Shown in pieces: positions 17,034 through 26,341 of a stretch of 64,000 bases of DNA (within the stretch, counting starts at the first letter, position 1; the number at the start of each line of letters is the position of its first letter). The DNA is from Acidimicrobiia bacterium (GTDB lineage Bacteria; Actinomycetota; Acidimicrobiia; Spongiisociales; JAENVV01). Where the stretch lies: NCBI GenBank assembly GCA_041577335.1, contig JBFGJH010000002.1:16389-80388 (forward strand). The letters are read 5' to 3'. The translations under genes and the position numbers were made by a program. The notes under the pieces were generated by a model that was given only the letters and a program-made list of their open reading frames with translations, was not told where the DNA came from and made no database searches.

Positions 17034-18284
17034 GTGAGAACACAGGTTGCCATTGTTGGGGGTGGTCCGGGAGGCGCGGCGAGCGCGCTTTTCCTGGGGG
17101 AGCACGGCATCGACTCGATCATCATCGAAGCTGAGTCGTTTCCGCGGTTTCATATCGGCGAATCGATGACTGGTTGGGTCGCCGAGAAGATACGCGGATG
17201 GGGCCTCGAATCCGCCATGAAAGAGAACCGTTTTCCGATCAAACGAGCCGGCACCGTCTACGGGTCGTCGGGTTCGAACCGGTACGACGTGCCCATCACC
17301 GCACGGGTGGCCGGCACCGAGCGCCGACAGGTGGAGACGTGGCAGGTTCGCCGGTCCGTGTTCGACAAGATGCTCTTGGACGTTGCTGTCGAGCGGGGCG
17401 CCCGGCTGGTACACGGGAAAGCCATCGAACCGATCTTCGACGACGAGGGCGCTGTCTCGGGAGTCACCGTGCAGCTGGCGTCGGGCGATACCACCACGAT
17501 CGAGGCCGACGGCATCATCGACGCATCCGGACGCAAGACCTGGATGTCGAGCCTCGGCTTCGCAGGCAAGAAGGAACGCGGCGGTTACGAGAGCCAGATC
17601 GCTGTCTTCAGCCATGTGAAGGGGGGGATCCGCAACGGTGAGATGGAGGAGGGAAACACGCTGCTGTTCTACCGAGAGGTCGATCACTGGTCGTGGTTCA
17701 TTCCCGTCGACGACGAGACCGTGTCCATTGGAATCGTCACTCCTGCGTCCTATTACAAGTCGATGAAGGAATCCAAAGAAGAGTTCTTTGCTCGCGAATG
17801 TCGCGAGCTGAATCCCAACCTGGCCGAACGCCTGGCAGATGTCGAATTGGTGGAACCGGTGACGGCCACCGCCAACTTCTCCTACAAGATTCCCGAATTC
17901 ACGGGCAAGGGCTGGATGTGCGTCGGTGATGCCCACCGATTCATCGACCCGTTCTTTTCGTTTGGCATCCACCTTGCATTGTCGGAAGCTGAGAAGGCAG
18001 CCGAATACATGGCGTCCTATCTCGGCGGTGAGTTGGACGGCGCCGACCCGTTCGCTGAGTATGCAGCTATATGCGAGCGAGGGATGGATACCGTGCAAAC
18101 GCTGATGGACTCCTTCTGGGCCAATCCGCTCGGCTGGGGCTACATGCTCCACTACACGGATCACGGGGGCGACGTGCTCGACATGTTCGGCGGCCGCATC
18201 TACGAGGAGGAGCCGCTTCCGGCGTTGCTTTCGATGCGTGAGATGGTGGCCCGCTCGGACAGAGGACTCGTTCCCGTTTCGTAG
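17034..18284 (+). CDS. Flavin-dependent halogenase-like FAD monooxygenase
   Basis: It has the FAD motif IVGGGPGGAASA, a WxWxIP motif (HWSWFIPV) and an FxxPxxSxG motif (FIDPFFSFG), which together diagnose flavin-dependent halogenases. The start codon is GTG, preceded by the RBS agagggg. Confidence 0.65.
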   Translation: MRTQVAIVGGGPGGAASALFLGEHGIDSIIIEAESFPRFHIGESMTGWVAEKIRGWGLESAMKENRFPIKRAGTVYGSSGSNRYDVPITARVAGTERRQVETWQVRRSVFDKMLLDVAVERGARLVHGKAIEPIFDDEGAVSGVTVQLASGDTTTIEADGIIDASGRKTWMSSLGFAGKKERGGYESQIAVFSHVKGGIRNGEMEEGNTLLFYREVDHWSWFIPVDDETVSIGIVTPASYYKSMKESKEEFFARECRELNPNLAERLADVELVEPVTATANFSYKIPEFTGKGWMCVGDAHRFIDPFFSFGIHLALSEAEKAAEYMASYLGGELDGADPFAEYAAICERGMDTVQTLMDSFWANPLGWGYMLHYTDHGGDVLDMFGGRIYEEEPLPALLSMREMVARSDRGLVPVS

Positions 18285-18296
18285 CGGTCGCACGCC

Positions 18297-19445
18297 ATGG
18301 ATTTCTCAATAACCCAAGAGCAACAGGCGTTCCGCGAGTCGATCTTGGGGTTCGGGCGCGACTACCTCGACTATGACATGGTCGACCATGACGACCAGCA
18401 CCGGTTCAACAGTGATGCCTGGAAGAGGTGTGCCGAGTTCGGCATTCAGGGCTTGTGCGTACCCGAGGAATACGGTGGCCAGGAGGCCGATCCGATCACG
18501 ATCATCCTGGCGATGGAGGCGCTCGGCTACGCCTGCCGCGACAACGGTCTGCTGTTCTCCCTGAACGCTCAGATGTGGTCGGCGGAGATACCGATCATCC
18601 GGTTCGGCAATGAAGAACAGAAACAGAGGTACCTGCCCGGCCTCGTCGATGGCAGCATCGTGGGTGTGCAAGGTATGTCCGAGCCGGATGCTGGGTCCGA
18701 TGCGTTCGGAAGCATGGCGACCTCCGCAGTGGTCGACGGCGATGACTACGTCATCAACGGCTCGAAGACGTGGATCACCAATGCGCCGATCGCCAACATG
18801 TTCGTTCTGTTCGCGGTGACCGACGCATCGAAAGGCTCGTTTGGGTTGTCTGCTTTCTTGATCGATCGGGATACGCCTGGGCTCACCGTAGGCGCTCCTT
18901 TCAAGAAGATGGGGCTTCGCACCTCACCGATGAGCGAGCTGGTGTTCTCCGATTGCCGGGTACCGGCGACCAGCCTGTTGGGAAAACCCGGCTCGGGCAT
19001 GGCGATCTTCAACCATTCGATGGATTGGGAACGGGGCGTGATCCTCGCCAGTTCAGTCGGAACCATGCAACGCCAGCTCGAAACGTCGGTCGCCTATGCC
19101 AAAGAGCGGAAACAGTTCGGTCAGGCCATCGGCAAGTTCCAAGCTGTATCGCACCGTCTCGTCGACATGAAGGTGCGGCTCGAGGCTGCCCGCCTGCTCC
19201 TGTACCACCTCGGGTGGTCGATGACCCAGCGCACGTCCAACAACATGGAATCGGCGATGGTCAAGCTCTTCTTGTCGGAGGCTTTCGTGCAATCGAGCCT
19301 CGACACGATTCAGACGCACGGCGGGATGGGATACATGGCCGAAGCGGGTATCGAGCGCGAGCTCAGAGACGCGATCGCCGGCCGGATCTACTCCGGGACG
19401 TCCGATATCCAGAAGAACCTGATCGCCCGTCATATGGGCCTGTGA
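18297..19445 (+). CDS. Acyl-CoA dehydrogenase family protein
   Basis: It has the ACAD fold signatures GMSEPDAGSD, TKTWITNA and YSGTSDIQKN. Its stop overlaps the start of the next gene (TGATG). Confidence 0.85.
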   Translation: MDFSITQEQQAFRESILGFGRDYLDYDMVDHDDQHRFNSDAWKRCAEFGIQGLCVPEEYGGQEADPITIILAMEALGYACRDNGLLFSLNAQMWSAEIPIIRFGNEEQKQRYLPGLVDGSIVGVQGMSEPDAGSDAFGSMATSAVVDGDDYVINGSKTWITNAPIANMFVLFAVTDASKGSFGLSAFLIDRDTPGLTVGAPFKKMGLRTSPMSELVFSDCRVPATSLLGKPGSGMAIFNHSMDWERGVILASSVGTMQRQLETSVAYAKERKQFGQAIGKFQAVSHRLVDMKVRLEAARLLLYHLGWSMTQRTSNNMESAMVKLFLSEAFVQSSLDTIQTHGGMGYMAEAGIERELRDAIAGRIYSGTSDIQKNLIARHMGL

Positions 19446-21019
19446 TGGCTCATCTCCTACATGGTCTTCTGGAAGCCTCCTGTGAGAGTGATCCGACCCG
19501 CGTAGCCGTCGTGGACGGGGAGCGGCGCTACACCTACGAAGAGCTGGACGGCGACGCCAACCGCGTCGCCCATCTGCTGATCGAGGCGGGCGTTCGACCC
19601 GGTGATCGAGTCGGCCTGTATCTCGACAAGTCCCTGGAAGCGGTGGTAGCCATCTATGGGATCCTCAAGGCGGGCGCTGTCTACGTTCCCCTGGACTCGC
19701 GGGCTCCGGCGATTCGCTTGAGCTACATCGTGCGCGACTGCGGTATCCGCCATCTCGTCACCATGTCCAAGCTGGAGAATGGCTGGTCGGATATGGCCGC
19801 AGAAGGGGTTCCGCTCGAGACCATCGTGGTGATGGACGGCGCCGGAGAGCTGACTCCCATCGACGGGATGACCTTCCGTGACGGTGCCGTCCTTGGTGGC
19901 TATTCCCCAGATCGGCCCGGGGTTCGAAGAATCGACGAGGACCTCGCCTACATCCTCTACACGTCCGGGTCGACTGGCGCTCCCAAGGGAGTGATGCTGT
20001 CGCATCGCAACGCCCTCGCTTTTGTGGAATGGGCGAGAGACGAGGTGGGCCTCACGGCCGACGACCGGCTTTCCAGTCACGCACCCTTCCACTTCGACCT
20101 TTCGACCTTTGACCTGTTCTCTGCGGCGGCGGCCGGCGCGTCGGTCACCCTCGTCCCTCGGGCAACATCGGTCTTCCCGATCGAGGTTGCCCGCTTCATC
20201 GACCGCCACGAGATCACGGTGTGGTATTCGGTGCCGTCGATCCTCTCGCTGCTCACACAGCACGGCAACCTCGCCGAGGGAGCGCTGCCCTCGCTTCGCA
20301 CCGTGATCTTCGCCGGCGAAGTGTTCCCATCGAAATACCTTTCATCGCTCATGGCACAGCTCCCGGACGTGGAGTTTCACAACTGGTACGGCCCGACCGA
20401 GACAAACGTGTGCACTGCCTTCCGGGTGTCCGAGCCGCCGGCTCCCGACGGCGGGGACATTCCCATAGGCAAGGCCATCGCAAACGTTGAGACGTTCGTG
20501 GTTGGCGAGGACGGCACCCTGGTTCCGCCAGGAGAGCGGGGCGAGCTGTATGTGCGGGGCGCCACCGTCATGCACGGTTACTGGGGAGATCCAGAGAAGA
20601 CAGCCGCCCGCCTGGTGGCCCACCCACGCGGAGCCGGCACCACCGATCTGGCATATGCGACGGGCGATCTCGTGTCAGAACTGCCGTCTGGCGACTACAA
20701 GTTTCTGGGACGCAAGGACCATCAGATCAAGAGTCGCGGCTACCGGATCGAACTGGGAGAGATCGAGACGGCGCTGAACGCTCATCCCGGCGTCAAAGAG
20801 GCCGTGGTGGTTGCCATCCCCGACGACGTCGTGTCGAACCGTATCCGCGCCTACGTGGTGGTCAGCGGGGACGAGACCAAAAACGAGCTGGTGGCTTGGT
20901 GTGGGGAACGGGTTCCCAAATACATGATCCCTGAATCCTTCGATTTCGAGGATGTGCTCCCCAAGACCTCAACCGGCAAGATCGACCGCCAAGCTCTCCA
21001 GACAGCCGCCACCTCGTAG
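19445..21019 (+). CDS. Stand-alone adenylation enzyme (AMP-binding, amino-acid-activating type)
   Basis: The core A-domain motifs are present: A3 LAYILYTSGSTGAPKG, A4 FDLS, A5 NWYGPTETN, A7 YATGDL, A8 GRKDHQIKSRGYRIELGEIE and A10 PKTSTGKIDR. No PCP or condensation domain follows. The upstream N-terminal part of the 749-aa six-frame ORF is an overlap artefact. Confidence 0.85.
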   Translation: MAHLLHGLLEASCESDPTRVAVVDGERRYTYEELDGDANRVAHLLIEAGVRPGDRVGLYLDKSLEAVVAIYGILKAGAVYVPLDSRAPAIRLSYIVRDCGIRHLVTMSKLENGWSDMAAEGVPLETIVVMDGAGELTPIDGMTFRDGAVLGGYSPDRPGVRRIDEDLAYILYTSGSTGAPKGVMLSHRNALAFVEWARDEVGLTADDRLSSHAPFHFDLSTFDLFSAAAAGASVTLVPRATSVFPIEVARFIDRHEITVWYSVPSILSLLTQHGNLAEGALPSLRTVIFAGEVFPSKYLSSLMAQLPDVEFHNWYGPTETNVCTAFRVSEPPAPDGGDIPIGKAIANVETFVVGEDGTLVPPGERGELYVRGATVMHGYWGDPEKTAARLVAHPRGAGTTDLAYATGDLVSELPSGDYKFLGRKDHQIKSRGYRIELGEIETALNAHPGVKEAVVVAIPDDVVSNRIRAYVVVSGDETKNELVAWCGERVPKYMIPESFDFEDVLPKTSTGKIDRQALQTAATS

Positions 21020-21176
21020 CCTCGCCTTCTCCGCCCCTTCCGTCCTCGGCTTTTCGCCGAGTCCAGCTCCGCAACCCTCTGTCAAGGCCTCGGTGGAGGA
21101 GAAGATTGGGTCGTTTCACCCTGCCGCATGCAGAGCCGAACTGCGAACTTCGGCGAGAGTTCCTGTTCTCCAACGT

Positions 21177-21262
21177 CTTGAAGCCTCTGGCTTCAAGAAG
21201 CGACGATGCGCTCTGGGCTCCAACTTCTTGAAGCCTCTGGCTTCAAGAAGCGACGATGCGCT
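21177..21262. repeat. Tandem 36-bp direct repeat (period 50 bp), each copy containing a 9-bp-stem hairpin (tcttgaagcc-tctg-ggcttcaaga); the second copy spans the stop codon of the CapD-like gene
   Basis: Copies at 21177-21212 and 21227-21262 are identical. Each contains an internal palindrome. They lie between convergent genes, so a bidirectional terminator is likely. Confidence 0.7.
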
Positions 21263-23231
21263 TCGTGCCGTCGGCGACGACGAGCGGCTCCGGCTGCCAG
21301 TCGCGCGAGCTGACTGCGAGGAGGCGTTCCCGCAGGCCGTCCTGGTCGCCTTCGGCGGCCATGCGGATCAAGGCGTTGACGGTATTCATCAGGGCGACCG
21401 AACCGGGCCAACCCTGATCGGCGATGCTGATCCTGGGATGAACGCTGGGGCGGAGTGGCACCGTTGCGAGGATCTCATGGAGTTTCTCGCCGGGGCGCTT
21501 GCCCGTGAAGCGCACCTCGATGTCGCGGACGGGCACCAGTCCCGCCATCCGAATGAGACGATGTGCCAGGTCGACGATCCGCACGGGCTCACCCATGTCG
21601 AGCACGAGCACTTCACCGCCCTTGGCTGTGGCGGAGCCCTGCAGCACCAGTTCTACCGCTTCGGCGATCGTCATGAAGTATCGGGTCATCTCGGGATCGG
21701 TGACCGTGACCGGTCCGCCTCTCTTGATCTGATTGACGAACGTCGGCACTACCGAGCCGCGGCTGCCGAGCACATTGCCGAACCTCACGGCCGAGTAGAC
21801 GCATTCGGGATGGTCGACGGCGGCTGACTGGACCAGCATCTCGGCGACTCTCTTCGAGGCGCCCATGACGCCGATGGGGTCACACGCCTTGTCGGTGGAG
21901 ATGAGGACGAACCGGTCGACGCCCGATCGTTGGCACCCTTCCAAGAGATACTCGGTGCCGAGCACGTTGGTCTTCACGGCCTCCTCGGGATAACTCTCCA
22001 GGATGGGCACGTGCTTGTGGGCGGCGGCGTGGAACACGACCTCAGGCTTGTGTTCATCGAAGACGCGCAGCACCCTGCGACGATCGCGGATATCACAGAG
22101 AATCGCCTGCACCTCGACACCGGAGCCGCCCCACATGGACAGCGCTTCGTGGAGGTGGGTTTCGTCGTTGTCCAAGACATACAGAGTCGAGGGTTTGAAC
22201 CGGATGATCTGGCGGACGAGCTCGGAACCGATCGAACCGCCGGCACCGGTAACGAGCACACGACGACCTTCGAGGCTCTCCGACACCAGACCGAGGTCGG
22301 TTTGCACCGGTGCTCGCTCCAGGAGGTCTTCTGGTTCCAAGTCTCTGACGTCCTGGATGTTGGTGTCATCCTGCATGATCGACTCGATGTCGGGCAGAAT
22401 CCGGAGGCGAACATCGACCATGAGGCACATGTCGACGAGCCGGCGGACGATATGAGACCCGTCGTTCGAAGCAACGATGATTTCGTCGACGTCATAGGCG
22501 TCAACCAACTTGGGAATCGATTCCAGGGAGCCAAGCACTTCGAGCCCGGCGAGCCGGCGATTCGTCTTGATGGGCTCGGCCGTCACAAACCCGACCACCT
22601 GGATGCGCTCACCGCTGGTGGTGAGGTGGCGCGCCAGGTTGGCAGCCGCGCGTCCTTGACCTACGACGAGCACACGCCGCATTGCTCCCGGCGTATGGCT
22701 CGCCTTGTTGAACGAGAACAATCGGGTGCGGAAGCGCACGGCTCCGGTGAGCATCACCGTGAGTAATGCGCCGAGTGCGAGTGAGCCAATTGGCACCGGC
22801 CCGCTCATCGAGAATATGGAACGCGCCAGAATCATGGTCGTGAGGAGGACCGCTCCTGCCATCATCGACGCGAGGATGATGCGGATGGCTTCGGCGATGC
22901 TGGCGTGTTCCCACACGTGACCATAGGTGCCGAATGCGATGTTCGAGATGATGTGTACCGCCACGATGATCGGCAGTACCCACAGAAAATCTCGCCACCA
23001 GCGGGGCGGCACGCCGGAGGTCTGGTCGACGAATCTCAGAATGAGAGCTGCCGAATAGGCGGCGGCGACGAGGAGTGCATCCACGACCGCGAAAGAAACA
23101 TCGGTGCGCACCGATGCCAATGTCTGCGCTATCAAGCGGGATCTATCGACCCCAGCCCGCTCCCGTGTCGTAAACGACAAAATCCACCCCTTAGTGAATG
23201 GCTCAAGATGAGCCAGGCCCCAACCTACCAC
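21243..23231 (-). CDS. Membrane-anchored UDP-sugar 4,6-dehydratase/epimerase (CapD/WbpM/PglF family)
   Basis: It has N-terminal TM helices and the Rossmann motif VLVTGAGGSIGSEL. The length and layout are typical of polysaccharide biosynthesis protein CapD. Confidence 0.85.
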   Translation of the reverse strand: MVGWGLAHLEPFTKGWILSFTTRERAGVDRSRLIAQTLASVRTDVSFAVVDALLVAAAYSAALILRFVDQTSGVPPRWWRDFLWVLPIIVAVHIISNIAFGTYGHVWEHASIAEAIRIILASMMAGAVLLTTMILARSIFSMSGPVPIGSLALGALLTVMLTGAVRFRTRLFSFNKASHTPGAMRRVLVVGQGRAAANLARHLTTSGERIQVVGFVTAEPIKTNRRLAGLEVLGSLESIPKLVDAYDVDEIIVASNDGSHIVRRLVDMCLMVDVRLRILPDIESIMQDDTNIQDVRDLEPEDLLERAPVQTDLGLVSESLEGRRVLVTGAGGSIGSELVRQIIRFKPSTLYVLDNDETHLHEALSMWGGSGVEVQAILCDIRDRRRVLRVFDEHKPEVVFHAAAHKHVPILESYPEEAVKTNVLGTEYLLEGCQRSGVDRFVLISTDKACDPIGVMGASKRVAEMLVQSAAVDHPECVYSAVRFGNVLGSRGSVVPTFVNQIKRGGPVTVTDPEMTRYFMTIAEAVELVLQGSATAKGGEVLVLDMGEPVRIVDLAHRLIRMAGLVPVRDIEVRFTGKRPGEKLHEILATVPLRPSVHPRISIADQGWPGSVALMNTVNALIRMAAEGDQDGLRERLLAVSSRDWQPEPLVVADGTKRIVAS

Positions 23232-23501
23232 TCAGTGTGAGAGCACGCCACAGCGATTTAGCTCCGATTAAGGATTCAGGTCGTCTGGCGGAGGTCGCCC
23301 ATTCCCGGGCTGCCGGCGGTGCGTGACATGCCCACCACCACATGTGGCAAGGGGTGACGGGTGCGATGCGGCCGCCATTGAGCCACGCGCCGGGATCGGG
23401 CGGCGACACTATCATCCGGCCCCGGTTGTCCAATGGAGGGGTGGATGGACGCACCGCCGAATCACGAAAGTCCTGAGCCCGGCTCGGCGCGCCCTCGCCT
23501 C

Positions 23502-24584
23502 ATGGTGCTCGTGACGAGCGGTCAGCGACGCGGCGCCGAGGTGTTTGGGGAGCGCCTCGCGGTCGGTCTGCCCGATCACGGTTGGGACGTTGATTTTATT
23601 GCGCTGGCCGCAGGTCCGGAAGAGGTCGCTGCTTCGGTGGCGGCAGTTCCGCTGAGCGCGGTGGCCCCCGGCCATCTTCGTCGCCTCGACCTCACGATCG
23701 TCAGGGCGCTTCGCGGCCGTCTCAGAAGCCACGGCACCGAGGTGCTTCTCGCCAATGGGTCCTCGACGCTTCATTACGGCGTGGCTGCTGCCCGAACGAT
23801 GGGTCGACGACCGGCGATCGCGTACGGCAGCATCGGTGAGCCGACGTACTGGGCTCGGTCTCCTCGCCAGCGGGCCTCCTACCAGCTCTTTCTGCGCTTG
23901 GTCGATCGAGTGTTTTCTGTATCTGAGCAAACCGGTCGGCAACTGGTCGACCATTTCGGCGTGAGCCCCGAGAAACTCCGTGTGCTCCATACCGGGGTAC
24001 CGCAATCCCTTCTCGATGTCTCGCCACTTCCTCGTGGGGGCGAATTGCATCTGCTGTTCATGGGAAGCCTCTCGGCCGAAAAGGACCCGCTCGCCGCGAT
24101 CGAGATTCTGCGCCAAGTGCGCGACACGATGCCGGCTCGCCTACGGCTCGTAGGCATTGGGCCTCTGGCCGCCGACATTTCGGCGGCTGCTACTGCCGTC
24201 GGCATGGATGGCGCAGTGGAGATGGTGGGATCTGTCGACGATGTCGAACCGCATCTGGCCTGGGCTGACGTCCTGCTCCTCACGTCCAAAACCGAAGGTC
24301 TCCCGGCCGCCCCTCTCGAGGCGGCGGCCGCTTCGGTCCCGGTGGTTGCATACGACGTGGGTGGAGTCGCCGAGACGCTCGTCGATGGCTCAACGGGCCG
24401 CCTCGTACCTGCGGGTGACGTCGTCGCGGCCGCCAAGGCCGTCGTCGAGTTGGCCGAGGATGAGCAAGCACGTCAGGCCGCCGGGCAAGCTGCCCGGTCG
24501 TTCATTCTCAATGGTTTCACCGTCCAAGACGCTGTTCGGCGGTACGACACGGCGTTGCGTGAGCTCCTGCGGAGTGGACGATGA
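23502..24584 (+). CDS. Glycosyltransferase family 4
   Basis: It has a GT-B C-terminal domain with LLLTSKTEGLPAAPLEAAAASVPVV (E-x7-E). I chose the start at MVLVTSG. The ORF track extends to 23433. Confidence 0.75.
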   Translation: MVLVTSGQRRGAEVFGERLAVGLPDHGWDVDFIALAAGPEEVAASVAAVPLSAVAPGHLRRLDLTIVRALRGRLRSHGTEVLLANGSSTLHYGVAAARTMGRRPAIAYGSIGEPTYWARSPRQRASYQLFLRLVDRVFSVSEQTGRQLVDHFGVSPEKLRVLHTGVPQSLLDVSPLPRGGELHLLFMGSLSAEKDPLAAIEILRQVRDTMPARLRLVGIGPLAADISAAATAVGMDGAVEMVGSVDDVEPHLAWADVLLLTSKTEGLPAAPLEAAAASVPVVAYDVGGVAETLVDGSTGRLVPAGDVVAAAKAVVELAEDEQARQAAGQAARSFILNGFTVQDAVRRYDTALRELLRSGR

Positions 24585-26341
24585 AGGTCGCTCACCTGAC
24601 GACGGTCGACCTCAGCCTCCGGTATCTGGTGTTCGCCCAGCTGAAGTCGATTCGCCAGATCGGCGGTGAGTCGATCGGTATCAGTGCGCCCGGGCCGTGG
24701 GTCGAAGAGATCGAAGCGGCCGGTATCACCCATATTGCGCTGCCGGCTTCGACGCGAGGAATCGCCCCGTTCGCCGATGTCAAAGCTGCCTGGCAACTCT
24801 GGAAGATCCTTCGAGCCGACCCGCCCGATATTCTCCACACCCATAACCCCAAGCCAGGTCTCTACGGGCGGATACTGGGTCGGCTCGCCGGCGTGCCCGT
24901 CGTGATCAACACCGTTCATGGCCTCTACGCGGCTCCCGATGATCCGCTGATCAAGAAGGCCATCGTTTACGTTCTCGAGGCCATCGCCGCTCGCTTCTCT
25001 GATCGGGAGCTCGTACAGAGCCGCGAGGACCTGGCGCTCATGGAACGGCTGCACATGGTCCGTCGTGGTCAGGGACAACTGCTCGGCAACGGCGTGGACC
25101 TGGTCAAGTTCGATCCCGACCGCACCGATCTGCCTGGTCGGGCCGAGATGCGCGCTCAGCTGGCTGTGTCGGACGACCAGATCGTTGTGGGGATGGTTGG
25201 TCGTCTGGTGGCTGAGAAGGGGTACCCCGAGCTGTTCGAGGCGGCAGCGGTGTTGCCCGACCGTTATGTGGTGGTGGCGATTGGGCCAGACGATCCTGAC
25301 AAACCCGACGCGCTGCCCCGCGAGGTGGTCGAATCAGCGGAACGGGCCGGGGTCCGGTTCTTGGGAATGCGCACGGACGTGGATGCCCTCTACCGGGCGT
25401 TGGACATCTTCGTGCTGCCGTCGCACCGTGAGGGTTTCCCCCGTGCCGCAATGGAGGCCGCCGCAATGGGGCTGCCGGTGATCGCGACGGACATTCGCGG
25501 CTGCCGTGAGGTGGTCGACGACGGTATCAATGGGGTCTTGATCCCCGTCAGGTCCCCCAACGCGCTGAAGGCCGCCATCGAGCGGATCGGGTCGGACGCT
25601 GAAGCCCGACAACGGATGGGGTCGGCCAGCTGGCGGAAAGCGCAGCTGGCGTTTGACGAACAGATCGTGGTCCATCGGGTTCTCGAGGCTTACCGCACGG
25701 TCACTGCCGAGAAGGGACTGACCGCAATGGGCGAGGCGCTCGGCAGCGGGTCCGGTGTCGCCGAGCTGCGGCCGGCGGTCGCAGCAGATGCTGCAGCGCT
25801 GGCACGGATGCACATCGAAGGCATTGGCACGGGGTTCCTTCCCCGGCTGGGGCCCCGATTCATGCGGCTTTTGTATGAAGCGTTGATTGGCTATGGCGAG
25901 GCCGTGGTGTTGGTCGCCGACAGCGGCGGGGGGGCGATTGGGTTTGTGGCCGGGGTTGCCGATACGGGTGCCTTCTACAAGCACTTTGTTCGCAGGTACG
26001 GCGTCGGCGCAGGCGTACGGGCCTTGCCCGCAGCCATGCGGCCGAGCAACCTTCGGCGGGGATGGGAAACCGCCCGGTACGGTGGCGGAGACGACGGTGT
26101 GAGAGCCGAGCTCCTCTCGATGGCCGTGGATACTGCCTGGCGGGGAAAGGGCATCGCGCTTCGTCTGGGCCGCGCCTTCCTCGCAGAGATGGCAGCCCGG
26201 GACGTTGACTCGGTGAAAGTGGTGGTTGGCATGCGCAACGAGATTGCCCAACGCGCCTACCAGCGGATGGGATTCGTGGAAGCGGGAACCGAAGAGGTGC
26301 ATCCCGGGGAGACATCGATGGTCCTGGTGTGGTCGGCATAG
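24581..26341 (+). CDS. Glycosyltransferase family 4 fused to C-terminal GNAT N-acetyltransferase domain
   Basis: The GT4 part reads FVLPSHREGFPRAAMEAAAMGLPVIATD. A C-terminal domain of about 170 aa carries GNAT motifs (ELLSMAVDTAWRGKGIALRL ... AYQRMGF). Confidence 0.75.
   Translation: MKVAHLTTVDLSLRYLVFAQLKSIRQIGGESIGISAPGPWVEEIEAAGITHIALPASTRGIAPFADVKAAWQLWKILRADPPDILHTHNPKPGLYGRILGRLAGVPVVINTVHGLYAAPDDPLIKKAIVYVLEAIAARFSDRELVQSREDLALMERLHMVRRGQGQLLGNGVDLVKFDPDRTDLPGRAEMRAQLAVSDDQIVVGMVGRLVAEKGYPELFEAAAVLPDRYVVVAIGPDDPDKPDALPREVVESAERAGVRFLGMRTDVDALYRALDIFVLPSHREGFPRAAMEAAAMGLPVIATDIRGCREVVDDGINGVLIPVRSPNALKAAIERIGSDAEARQRMGSASWRKAQLAFDEQIVVHRVLEAYRTVTAEKGLTAMGEALGSGSGVAELRPAVAADAAALARMHIEGIGTGFLPRLGPRFMRLLYEALIGYGEAVVLVADSGGGAIGFVAGVADTGAFYKHFVRRYGVGAGVRALPAAMRPSNLRRGWETARYGGGDDGVRAELLSMAVDTAWRGKGIALRLGRAFLAEMAARDVDSVKVVVGMRNEIAQRAYQRMGFVEAGTEEVHPGETSMVLVWSA

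Noticed and set aside
18770-19444. An N-terminal extension of about 225 aa in the six-frame ORF for the adenylation enzyme
   Set aside because: It overlaps the acyl-CoA dehydrogenase gene in another frame. The A-domain homology begins at MAHLLHG, at the ATG 19445, whose start overlaps the ACAD stop (TGATG).
20952-21827. A 291-aa plus-strand ORF spanning the adenylation/CapD intergenic region
   Set aside because: It is antisense to the 3' end of the CapD-like gene and covers the tandem hairpin repeat, so it is not a plausible gene.
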